DNA of 64,000 nucleotides from an uncultured bacterium (GTDB taxonomy: Bacteria; Margulisbacteria; WOR-1; CAVSGV01). The DNA lies in NCBI GenBank assembly GCA_963768305.1, contig CAVYHE010000003.1, positions 64,001-128,000 on the forward strand, read 5' to 3'. The position numbers were made by a program, and so were the translations under genes. Shown here piece after piece: positions 54,705 through 64,000 of the stretch. Each line of letters starts with the position of its first letter. Position 1 is the first letter of the stretch. Below the pieces are notes generated by a model. It made no database searches. It was not told the origin of the DNA and worked only from the letters and a program-made list of their open reading frames with translations.

Positions 54705-56252
54705 CTATGCTTTATGCTTATAGCTGATGAGCTCCATGTCGAGCTCGTCGAAGTCGATATCGGGGTAGGGGTGGAACTTGCCTGACCGGGTTTCTTTTAT
54801 GCTCAGGTCGTTAAGGTCCACTTCTAGGTTGAGGTCTGCGGGAATGACCCGGAACTCGGGGCTTATCAGGTCTTGTTCCATCGGCTGGGCCCAAAGCTCG
54901 ATTATCTTGCTTATCACTTTGCGTCTTCCGCGGAATTCCTCGCCGAATTCCGTGAGAATAGCCAGAAGCTGCTTGCCTATCCTTGCTTCTTTCAGGAGAT
55001 TAATGCACCCGCAAAGCCCCAGATGCGAATGGAGCAGCTTTCCTTCCTCTTTTTCGATCGAGCCGATGTTGATCAGCATTATCTGCACGTCCTGATACTG
55101 GTTGCCGATGAAAGTCTCATATCTCGTGTCGCCCGTTATTCCCAGCTTAAGAGGATGATGCTGATATGTAATGTTCGTTTCAAGCGTTAATCCGACCGCT
55201 GATTCCTGATTGGTCCAGAGTTCGGGGTGGTATGCCTGGTTCACGATGATCTCGAACCCGTATTTTTCCATCAGCGGCGCGCCGTCTATTTCCGTCAGCC
55301 TGTTGCCGGGTATCATCAGCTGGAAATTTATTTCCTTGTTCCCTTCGCGGTCGGTCTTGTTGAATATCCCCTGATATTTAAGCATTACTCCGGGAGACCC
55401 GAAAATATCGACCGATTTCGACGGGCCTTTCATTTTGTAATCATTATATTTCGCGACCAGGCTCAAGATGCCCTCTATCGCTTCCGAGTGGTCGTCATGG
55501 TCGTGCGTTATTATTATCGCGTCTATATCCAGTATTCCCAGGAACTGTTCCCTGAATATTTCCAGGAAATTGTATCCCGGGTCGATGACTATGCCTTTTG
55601 TTTCTCCGCGGGAATTCTTCAGCGTAAGATAATATCCGCCGCCGAGGCTTGGCGCCTGGGAATAAAGCGGAGTGGATGAATTCCATTTCCTGATGATCTT
55701 CAGCTTGTTCGGCCCCGCGACGTCGTCGATCATCTTCGGCATGTTAAGGTCTTTGACCAGTTTTTCCTGGTTATGCCTTATCGTTTCGCGGGTGGGGAAA
55801 AGCACTTCGTCCATGTATTTTATCGCGCCGTATGTGAGGCTGCCCTTGTCGTAAAAATGCGGGTCGGACTTTCTGGCAAGCTTGAAGTCCTCGTAAGCGT
55901 CCTTGTACCGGCCCTGCAGGAACCGGGCTATCCCGCGGTTGTAAAGCGGGACGGTCGCGTCCGCTTTTATATCCAGGAATTTCCTGTAGACATTGTCGTA
56001 TATCTTTTCCGCTTCCAGATAAAGGTTATCATTGAGGCAGATAAAGCCGATAGCGTCCCACGGCATTGAATGGTTATTTGTCAGAGCGGTCTGAAGCGCG
56101 TTCTTATCAGAGAGAATGGCTTTAAGGGCGGCTATTACCTTATCCAGGTTCTTGTGTATCCAGTCCTTTCGCGCGTAAAGAGGGAATTTAAGGAGATTAT
56201 GCCAAGTATGTATGTCCTCTGCTTTAAGCGCGATATTGAGCATCTGATACAT
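54705..56252 (-). CDS. TPR-containing MBL-fold metallo-hydrolase
   Basis: TPR-like YNRGIARFLQGRYKDAYEDF, then GGGYYL, IVIDPG, THDHDDH, TGDT, HLG. Confidence 0.8.
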   Translation of the reverse strand: MYQMLNIALKAEDIHTWHNLLKFPLYARKDWIHKNLDKVIAALKAILSDKNALQTALTNNHSMPWDAIGFICLNDNLYLEAEKIYDNVYRKFLDIKADATVPLYNRGIARFLQGRYKDAYEDFKLARKSDPHFYDKGSLTYGAIKYMDEVLFPTRETIRHNQEKLVKDLNMPKMIDDVAGPNKLKIIRKWNSSTPLYSQAPSLGGGYYLTLKNSRGETKGIVIDPGYNFLEIFREQFLGILDIDAIIITHDHDDHSEAIEGILSLVAKYNDYKMKGPSKSVDIFGSPGVMLKYQGIFNKTDREGNKEINFQLMIPGNRLTEIDGAPLMEKYGFEIIVNQAYHPELWTNQESAVGLTLETNITYQHHPLKLGITGDTRYETFIGNQYQDVQIMLINIGSIEKEEGKLLHSHLGLCGCINLLKEARIGKQLLAILTEFGEEFRGRRKVISKIIELWAQPMEQDLISPEFRVIPADLNLEVDLNDLSIKETRSGKFHPYPDIDFDELDMELISYKHKA

Positions 56253-56279
56253 AGCGGTATTATGCTATAATCCCGCGGT

Positions 56280-56939
56280 ATGGACAAGCCCGAAAAAAGA
56301 GTTTTGCAGATAATAAGCATCCTTTCTAAGCAGTATCCCAGGGCGAAAACCGCGCTTAATTTCAGGACGCCGATCGATATAGTTGTCGCTACGATACTCT
56401 CGGCTCAAAGTACAGACAAGATGATCAATAAGATAACAGAGAAACTGTTCAAGAAATACAGGACTCCGAAGGACTATGCGAAAGCAAATCAGAAGGCTTT
56501 TGAAAAAGAGATCAGATCATCAGGTTTTTACAGGAATAAAGCTAAGAACATCATAAATATGGCGAAGATGGTCGTATCTGATTATAACGGGAAAGTCCCC
56601 GATTCTATGGAAGAACTGGTCAAGCTTCCAGGTGTTGCCAGAAAAACCGCGAATATCGTGCTTAATAACGCTTTCCATAAAGTTGAAGGCATTGCGGTCG
56701 ATACTCATGTGATCAGGCTGTCAGGCAGATTGGGGCTGTCAAAATTTGATGATCCTGTGAAGATAGAACAGGACCTGATGAGGATCGTTCCCCGAAAACT
56801 ATGGGGCAAGGTCAATTATTATCTTGTCGATCACGGAAGGGCGATATGCAAGGCGCCCCGGCCGCTGTGCCCTGATTGCGCGATAAGCAAATTATGCCCC
56901 TCAAGAGTTCATTTCATGAAAATGTATTACAGCAAATGA
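56280..56939 (+). CDS. nth: Endonuclease III
   Basis: LSAQSTD, GFYRNKAK, LPGVARKTAN, VDTHV, C.APRPLC..C.....C. Confidence 0.96.
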   Translation: MDKPEKRVLQIISILSKQYPRAKTALNFRTPIDIVVATILSAQSTDKMINKITEKLFKKYRTPKDYAKANQKAFEKEIRSSGFYRNKAKNIINMAKMVVSDYNGKVPDSMEELVKLPGVARKTANIVLNNAFHKVEGIAVDTHVIRLSGRLGLSKFDDPVKIEQDLMRIVPRKLWGKVNYYLVDHGRAICKAPRPLCPDCAISKLCPSRVHFMKMYYSK

Positions 56940-57306
56940 AATATCGTCATCCATCGGCACAACGCCAGCCATCTTCACTGGGACCTGCGCCTGGAAAACA
57001 AGGGAGTCCTCAAGTCGTGGGCCATCCCGAAGGAGCCTTCGAACGATCCAGCTGTCAAACGATTAGCCATCCAGGTGGAAGACCACCCGCTGAGATTACG
57101 CCAAGTTTGAAGGCACAATACCGGAAGGGGAGTACGGGGCGGGTGAAGTTAAGATATGGGACAAAGGGACATTCGACGCCATTGAATTCAATGATGAAAA
57201 AGTGGAGATGGCTCTGCACGGAAAGAAACTGAATGGGCATTTTCATCTTGTAAAATTCAAGAAGGCCGGGCCGAAAAGCTGGCTGTTCTTCAAGTCAAAA
57301 ACATAA
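56936..57306 (+). CDS. Stand-alone LigD-type 3'-phosphoesterase domain (two frameshifts; not resolved in the ORF track)
   Basis: Manual translation across frames: [43 protein letters not shown] / [39 protein letters not shown]. Confidence 0.85.
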
Positions 57307-57681
57307 TTAGCTGAGGTCTCTGGTCGCAACAACATCAACGCCGAGGCCGAGCAGGTTGCTGATGATCTTATCTCCTAATTTGACCGGAGCATCAACTTTA
57401 GCTTTCATTATTTCGTTCATGCAGTCGAATATTTTGTCCTTCGGTATCAGGTCCGACGTCTTTACCGGAAGCCTGGAGAATTGAGCGCCTTCTATCGCGA
57501 CTGTCGAGGTCAGAACCCGCTTCGGATGCGAAAATTCTTCTCTCACATATGTTTCGCCTTTCGCGCAAGTGTTGCCCACGATCTCCTTGATCTCTCCGTT
57601 CGCGTCGGATGAAACCGTAACTTCGCATCCCAGCGGGCACATTATGCAGGTGAATTTCTTCTCGTTAATCTGCTCTGACAT
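57307..57681 (-). CDS. DUF1667 (CxxC) protein of the glycerol-3-phosphate oxidoreductase cluster
   Basis: CIMCPLGC, GNTC.KG..Y, P.RVLTSTV. Confidence 0.85.
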   Translation of the reverse strand: MSEQINEKKFTCIMCPLGCEVTVSSDANGEIKEIVGNTCAKGETYVREEFSHPKRVLTSTVAIEGAQFSRLPVKTSDLIPKDKIFDCMNEIMKAKVDAPVKLGDKIISNLLGLGVDVVATRDLS

Positions 57682-58909
57682 CTATCTTTAGCTCCTTTGC
57701 TACTTTTAACTTCGCAAGCTTTTCTTCATTAAGATAAATTTCCAGCATTTCGCCGGGCTTCACAATGTTCTTTTTAAGTCTGATGATCCCGTCCGGCGAT
57801 GATACGGTCACGTCTTTTATGGGGCGGGTGACGCGCGCGTATAATGTAAGAGGTTTTGCCCTTGTGATAACATTTGGCACAATGAACCTGATATTCTCGC
57901 CGGCGACAGTTCTGGCGTTCATTTCGCTTTTCAGTGTCCCGTTAACAAAATCTGCCGCGGCTTCTCCCGCTATCTCGGCTTCGCTGCTAACGTAATCGGC
58001 CAGATCGTTCACGAACGCGGCATTGCCGCAAATGAAAACTCCGGGCCTTCTTGTCTGATAGGCGTCGTCAATGAACGGGCCGCCGGTCAGCGGATTGAGT
58101 TCAAGCGGGACCATGCGCGAGAGCTCGTTCTCCGGTATCAGCCCCACGGAAAAAAGAAGAGTGTCGCAGGAGATTTCAAAAGTCTTATCGGTCGGGATGC
58201 CTTTTTCGTCGATCTCGGCGACCTTTACGCCGCTTACCCTGTCCTTGCCGTATATCTCGACCACATTATGGCGGAGATGAAGCGGGATATTGTAATCATT
58301 CAAGCACTGGACGATGTTCCTTGTAAGCCCGCCGGGATATGGGAGAATTTCAGTTACGGCGTGAACTTTCGCGCCTTCAAGGGTCATCCTTCTTGCCATT
58401 ATCATCCCGATATCGCCCGAGCCGACGACCACTATTTCCTTGCCGGGGAAAAATCCCTCGATGTTCATGAACCTTTGCGCGACCCCGGCAGTAAAAATCC
58501 CGGACGGCCTCGTGCCTGGGATCGTCACCTGCTGCCTTGTCTTTTCCCTGCAGCCCATCGCGAAAACGATAGCTTTTGCCGAAACTTCGATCAATCCGTC
58601 CTTTCCACTTGCAAGCACCACCTTGTTGTCTTTCGTGATCTCGATCGCCATGGTCTGGAGTAGGACCTTGATGTTCGAGTTCTTGATCTTCTTTATGTAA
58701 GCGTCGGCGTATTCCGGCCCGGTGAGGTCTTTTTTGAATTTATGAAGGCCGAAGCCGTTATGTATGCATTGCTGAAGAATGCCGCCGAGCTCAGGTAGGC
58801 GGTCGACGAGCAGGATATTCTTTATTCCCATTTCGCTGGCTTTCAGCGCCGCGGCCATTCCGCCGGGGCCCGCGCCTATAACGATGATATTCGCTGATAA
58901 TTTTTTCAT
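57665..58909 (-). CDS. FAD/NAD(P)-dependent oxidoreductase
   Basis: IGAGPGGMAAA, GGILQQCIHNGFG, GSGDIG.IMARR, CDTLLFSVGLIPENELS. Confidence 0.88.
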   Translation of the reverse strand: MKKLSANIIVIGAGPGGMAAALKASEMGIKNILLVDRLPELGGILQQCIHNGFGLHKFKKDLTGPEYADAYIKKIKNSNIKVLLQTMAIEITKDNKVVLASGKDGLIEVSAKAIVFAMGCREKTRQQVTIPGTRPSGIFTAGVAQRFMNIEGFFPGKEIVVVGSGDIGMIMARRMTLEGAKVHAVTEILPYPGGLTRNIVQCLNDYNIPLHLRHNVVEIYGKDRVSGVKVAEIDEKGIPTDKTFEISCDTLLFSVGLIPENELSRMVPLELNPLTGGPFIDDAYQTRRPGVFICGNAAFVNDLADYVSSEAEIAGEAAADFVNGTLKSEMNARTVAGENIRFIVPNVITRAKPLTLYARVTRPIKDVTVSSPDGIIRLKKNIVKPGEMLEIYLNEEKLAKLKVAKELKIDVRAD

Positions 58910-60337
58910 CTTTTTCCTTTTATCATCAATGAATCTCCGCCGCGCTTCGTGATCTTTTCTTCCGGGCACCCCAAGTTCGCGGGCAAGTATCCTCATCACG
59001 TGATGAGTGCAGAATCCCGCCTGGCATCTTCCCATTCCTGCCCGAGTCCTGAATTTGATCCCGTCGACTGTGCTGGCGCCGTTGCCGATGGCGGCAACGA
59101 CTTCAGCTTCGGTGACCGTCTCGCACCTGCAGATCACATTGCCGTATGCCTTGTTCATTTTGATAAGAAGTTCCTTGTCCTTGTTCGAAGCGAGGGTGAA
59201 TCTCCTGTGCGGCCTGTCGTATTTCTTGAAATCTTTTTTCTTTTCAAGCTTAAGGCCGGAAGTTCTTTAAAATATCGATGACCATCAGCGCGATAGCGGG
59301 CGCGGCCGTCAGGCCCGGAGATTGTATCCCTGCCGCATTGATGAAATGCGGAGCAGCTTTTGATTCTTCGATGATGAAATCATTTGTATTTGATACCGGG
59401 CTGTATCCCCGCAAATGAAGCGATGATATCTTTTGTCGAGATGCCTGGCACCATAGTGCGGACAAAGTCCAGGATCTTTTCAAGTCCCGCGGAAGTCGTC
59501 GTCAGGTCTTCTTTGTCGGTGATATCTTCCGCGGTGGGGCCGATCATTGTTGAGTTTTCAATGGTTTTTATGACCAATATCCCTTTTGATATAGGGCTGG
59601 GTGTCGGGAATATAATATGGTTGTTTATGTTGTCCAGCCGCTTATCAAGCAAGTATTCTTCGCCTTTTCTCGGGTTTATCCTGAAATTGTCGGCGCCGAC
59701 GAACTTTGCGACTTCATCCGCGTAAACTCCGGCCGCGTTGATGACATAGTTAGCTTTTATTTCATCGTTACCGGCGGTTATCATATAAGCCTGCCCGTCT
59801 TTCCGGATGCCGGTCACTTTGGAATCAAGAAGGAATTTAACGCCGTTCTGCGCTGCGTTCTCATATAAAGCGTAGGTCATTTCATACGGCGGGATGACTC
59901 CGGCTGTCGGGGCAAGCAGGCCGGTGTTTATCTCCGGCGCAAGGTTGGGTTCCATTTCATGCAGCCGTTTTCCTTCCACCATTTCAGCCGGGATACCTAT
60001 TGTTTTTGAGCATTCCAGCATTTGTTTCAGGACTACCAGATCGGCATTGTTCCTTGCGACAAGTATTTCGCCGACCATTTCAAAGGGGATGCGCAGTTCC
60101 TTTGAGAGGGCCTGCCACATCTTGTTGCCTTGAATGCAAAGCCGCCCTTTCAGTGTTTTAAGGTCTTCATGGATGCCGGAGTGTATGATGCCGGAATTGG
60201 CTTTTGATGTGCCGAATGAAACTTCCATTTCTTTTTCAATGAGGATAATATTAAGTTCATATCGCGAAAGCTCTCTTGCTATCGCGGTTCCCTACGATCC
60301 CGCCGCCGATTATGGCTATGTCGTAAGTTCGGGTCAT
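58906..60337 (-). CDS. GlpA-like FAD-dependent glycerol-3-phosphate dehydrogenase with C-terminal BFD-like 2Fe-2S domain (several frameshifts)
   Basis: [62 protein letters not shown]. Lies near glpK. Confidence 0.85.
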
Positions 60338-60408
60338 TTGCGGAGATTATAGCATTAAATATTGGAGATGAGAGATGGGAGATGAGAATTGTGATAAAAT
60401 AATTTGGA

Positions 60409-60627
60409 ATGGCAAAGTTAAATATTAAAGTTATTCCGAATGCCAAAAAGAACAAGCTTGTCGAGGAGCCCGGCCGGATAAAGGTTTATCTGACAGCTCC
60501 GGCGGTGGAAGGCAAGGCAAATTCCGCTCTCATCGAATTCCTCGCGGAACATTTCAAGGTGAAAAAGAGCAGCATCTCCATCATTAGAGGCGCAACTTCA
60601 AGAGAAAAGGTCGTCGAGATCAGCTGA
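60409..60627 (+). CDS. DUF167/UPF0235 protein
   Basis: VIPNAKK, APAVEGKAN, G.TSREK. Confidence 0.88.
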   Translation: MAKLNIKVIPNAKKNKLVEEPGRIKVYLTAPAVEGKANSALIEFLAEHFKVKKSSISIIRGATSREKVVEIS

Positions 60628-61260
60628 GGGCGACATATAAAAGGATCGCGGCATAATGGCATGCGGCTCCGAGAAGCACCATCGTATGCCAGAGCTCATG
60701 ATAGCCGAACTTCGGCCAAAAATTCGGTTTTTTTATTGTGTAAATAACCCCGCCGATCGTATATATTATGCCTCCCGCGACCAGCAATAAAATCCCTCCC
60801 AGCGGCATATAATGTATCAGCGGATCAAGCGCGACAAGTATCATCCATCCCATTATTATGTATATCAATGTGGTCAGCCATCTCCACACATCAATGTAGA
60901 TCGATTGCACAATGACGCCGAAAAGCGCCATTCCCCAAACTATTCCAAAGATCGTCCAACCCCAGGGGCCTCTTAAAGTATTGAGGCAGAACGGAGTATA
61001 TGTGCCCGGCTATGACAAAATATATCGCCAGATGGTCCAGCTTGCGGAATATCTGGTATTTGCCGCCGGCTGATTGCGGCAGCAAGTGATAAAGTAGCAC
61101 TGAAAATGAAAAGAAGCAGAAAGCACGCCCCGTAAACGCTGAACGAAACGATTTTCCAGGCGGAGTTGCTGCCGAGGACCAAAAGTATCACGGTCGCCGG
61201 TATCATTAGCACGGCGCCGATCAGGTGAATAAATCCGGGCATGGGTTCTTTAAATTTCAT
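60620..61260 (-). CDS. Hemolysin III/PAQR family membrane protein (frameshifted)
   Basis: H.IGA, LYH, KLDH.AIY..IAG, Y..MGW, HELWH. Confidence 0.87.
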
Positions 61261-61266
61261 GATTAA

Positions 61267-62756
61267 TTACCTCTGAGCTTGAGCGACAGCTTTTATCCAC
61301 TCATCATAAAGTTTAGTTCGGATCTTTTCCGCCATCTTCGGAGTGAACGCTTTGTCGATCTTCCAGAGCTTTTTCAATTCTGCCTGGCCCTTCCAGAACC
61401 CGACCCCGAGACCGGCAAGATAGGCGGCGCCGAGCGCGGTGGTATCGACTATGACTGGGCGGATAACTTTTGCCGGCAAAATGTCAGACTGGAACTGCAT
61501 CAGAAAATCATTCTCAGTTGCTTTCCCGTCAACCTTCATCGCCTTGATCTTGAGACGCGAATCTTTTTGCATGCAGAGCATCACATCTTTTGTCTGGTAG
61601 GCGAGAGACTCAAGCGTTGCGCGGATAAGATGGGCTTTTGTCGTTCCGCGGGTGATCCCGGTGATCGTGCCCCTCGCGTACATATTCCAGTACGGCGCTC
61701 CCAGTCCGACGAAAGCGGGAACAAAATATACGCCGCCGGTATCGGGAACAGACTTTGCGATAGCTTCGGTTTCCGCCGCTTTCTTGATCAAGCCCAGCCC
61801 GTCGCGTATCCATTGGATGGCCGCGCCCGCGATAAAAACCGAGCCTTCGAGCGCGTAATAAACTTTGTTATTAATTCCCCATGCGATAGTTGTCAGCAAA
61901 CCGGTTTTTGAACTCACCATCTTAGTTCCGGTGTTCACCAGCATAAAACATCCGGTCCCGTAGGTGTTTTTGATATCTCCGGGCGCGTAGCAGCATTGCC
62001 CGAAAAGCGCCGCCTGCTGGTCGCCGGCGATCCCGGCTATCGGAATTCCATCCGGCAGAACGCCGATGCCTTTTGTATGTCCGGCAATGCCTGAAGAGGG
62101 GACGACTTTTGGAAGTATCGATCTCGGAATATTAAGTATCTTCATAAGTTTTTTATCCCAATCAAGTTTTCGGATATTGAATATCATCGTCCTGTGATGC
62201 ATTTGAATAATCGGTAACATGAGCTTTGCCGTTAGTCAGATTCCAAATTATCCAAGTATCAACCGTCCCAAACGCTAATTTCGCCATCTCATAACGCTTA
62301 ACTGTATAACTCTTTAACATTATCAAGCATCCACTTAATCTTCGTTCCTGAAAAATACGCATCGATCTTGAGCCCAGTCGCTTGCTGGATATATTTCTCA
62401 AGTCCTTTCTTCTTCAGCCAGTCGCAGATCGGCGCAGTCCTTCTGTCCTGCCAGACGATGGCGTTGAAGATCGGCTTGCCTGTTTTTTTGTCCCAGATTA
62501 TCGTTGTTTCTCTTTGGTTGGTGATGCCGATAGCGGCGATTTCGCTGCCTTTGATCTTTCCGGCCTTCAAGGCGTCGGCGATCGTCAGTTTGACCGACTG
62601 CCATATCTTGACGGGGTCGTGCTCCACCCAGCCGGGCTTCGGGAATATCTGCGGGAATTCGCGGTAAGCTCTTGACACTATCCTGCCTTTTTTGTTGAAG
62701 ATGATTATTGTCGAGCCGGTCGTTCCCTGGTCGATGGCGAGGATGTATTTCTTCAT
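61267..62756 (-). CDS. glpK: Glycerol kinase (frameshifted near 62190-62300)
   Basis: [53 protein letters not shown]. Confidence 0.95.
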
Positions 62757-62821
62757 GGCGGAGACATTATACGTTAAGAAGGTGGTTTTTTAAACCGGCA
62801 GATGATGTAATGGGTTGTCTG

Positions 62822-64000
62822 TTATTTTTGCAACGTTTCGGCCGCGGCATGATGAAACTCTCGATAAAAACGTTTTGATTCATCGGCATAGCCGCAGCGT
62901 TCCAGGCATTGACCGGCAAATTTTAAATAGATCCAATTTTTTTTCGGGTTGGCTTTCACCAATTCACGGAACATCTCAATACCTGTCTTTGCATCTCCGA
63001 TCTCAATATAGATCTTTGCAAGTTCCGAGAGCGAGGCCGGATCCGCCGAGCGATAACGAATACGTTCCAACGTTTGTAAGGTCATCTTAAGTAATTCCTT
63101 CTTTTCTTTCGGATCTATTGGACGCATATCGATCGTGTTTAAATAGCTCCAGAGCACTTTTTTGTTAGCGTCTGTCGGGTGTTTTATTACGTATCCATCA
63201 AGCAGGGATTGGGCTTTTGTGTATTCTTCCAGCGCGCAATAGCACCACATCTCATTTTCCAGCGCGACGCTTTTCAACTTGGCGTCGTCGCTGTTCTTCA
63301 GCACCATGCCATATAATTCCGCGCTTTTAATAAAGTATTCGGAACATTCTTTCGAAATATCCTTTTCATCGGCGCAATATAATGTTCTTGCCATTGTTTC
63401 ATAATATCGGGCCAAGTCAAAATCCAGCATAGAATAATCTTTGCCGAAATGGTCCAGATCGTAAGCGTTCAAGGAGATCTCTTTAATGAATATAATTGGG
63501 ATTTTTAAATTACCGATCCCTAAGATCGGCGATTGATTGAACCATGTTGGGTCGACGAACGTGCTGACGACCTTGTTCTTCGTGAGGCTTATCACTTCAT
63601 TCCAGGCATGCGGCAACTTATCTGCGATTTCTTCTGAATGAGTGAAATATGCCATATAAGTGTTTTTTAGAGCGGGATTGAGGTCTTTTATGATCTGAAA
63701 TACGGCGCAATTTACCATCGCATAATGTCGGCAAACACCCTCTCCTTTACGGAAGATCGCATCGGCGCTTTCTTTATCGAGGGAAGTAGTATCAGAGTAC
63801 TTTAAGTCAGCATGTAATTGTGAGGCCGTAATAAATGATGCGACTTCGACCGCGGCGTGAACGGAAAGATTTGAAAGCGAACCGCGAGTGTATCCCAATT
63901 GTTCAGCCTTCTTTATGACCTGTTCTTGAAAACCATCATAGTTATGTATCCTGAAACTTAAATGAATGCGCTCAAAAGAAACATAACCTTTAGCATCATA
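62822..64000 (-). CDS. Transglutaminase-like (Cys-His-Asp) domain plus TPR-like protein, 5' end outside window
   Basis: GVCRHYA, HAWNEV, FVDPTW triad motifs and a helical C-terminus. The frame is open to the window edge. Confidence 0.7.
   Translation of the reverse strand, partial: YDAKGYVSFERIHLSFRIHNYDGFQEQVIKKAEQLGYTRGSLSNLSVHAAVEVASFITASQLHADLKYSDTTSLDKESADAIFRKGEGVCRHYAMVNCAVFQIIKDLNPALKNTYMAYFTHSEEIADKLPHAWNEVISLTKNKVVSTFVDPTWFNQSPILGIGNLKIPIIFIKEISLNAYDLDHFGKDYSMLDFDLARYYETMARTLYCADEKDISKECSEYFIKSAELYGMVLKNSDDAKLKSVALENEMWCYCALEEYTKAQSLLDGYVIKHPTDANKKVLWSYLNTIDMRPIDPKEKKELLKMTLQTLERIRYRSADPASLSELAKIYIEIGDAKTGIEMFRELVKANPKKNWIYLKFAGQCLERCGYADESKRFYREFHHAAAETLQK

Noticed and set aside
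57665..59158. BFD-domain plus FAD oxidoreductase fusion ORF
   Set aside because: The first ~80 aa belong to the C-terminus of the upstream GlpA-like gene and are joined by an indel. The oxidoreductase starts at 58909.
1..62756. Numerous frameshifted genes as pseudogenes or programmed frameshifts
   Set aside because: Single-base shifts hit unrelated, normally essential genes (purH, tsaC, ssb, glpK) with no other signs of decay and no shared slippery motif. Long-read indel error is the simpler explanation. Short-read polishing would settle it.

Overview
Bacterial chromosomal window, mostly housekeeping genes: purM/purN/purH, a PpiD/SurA-like PPIase, sua5/tsaC, TolC-MacAB, rnpB, rnhA, tadA, two tRNA-Ser, PGM, pyrR, sbcDC, mtaB, rsmE, an hrcA-grpE-dnaK-dnaJ operon with a perfect CIRCE, larBC, rarA, polX, EmrAB, an AmmeMemoRadiSam cluster, ssb, nth, a LigD phosphoesterase and a glycerol block (glpK, glpA-like). 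The cell is diderm (TolC, lipoproteins). Gene content would fit an uncultured lineage such as Saganbacteria/Margulisbacteria, but that is only an impression. Many conserved genes carry single-base frameshifts, most simply explained as long-read indel errors. Main unexplained structure: (1) three unrelated orphan genes share an exactly spaced upstream motif GTGARATTT-N13-ACGATA, resembling a sigma-28 promoter, and have similar N-termini. (2) One of them, a ~2000-aa HEAT-repeat gene, sits in a 6.1-kb segment bounded by a perfect 26-bp direct repeat that includes the hrcA -35 box. (3) A short IS200-type HUH transposase is flanked by two classes of REP-like palindromes that also occur elsewhere in the window. 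(4) The AmmeMemoRadiSam proteins carry signal-peptide-like N-termini. (5) Heptamer repeats occur in intergenic DNA and in frame inside genes. (6) Many genes appear to be leaderless.
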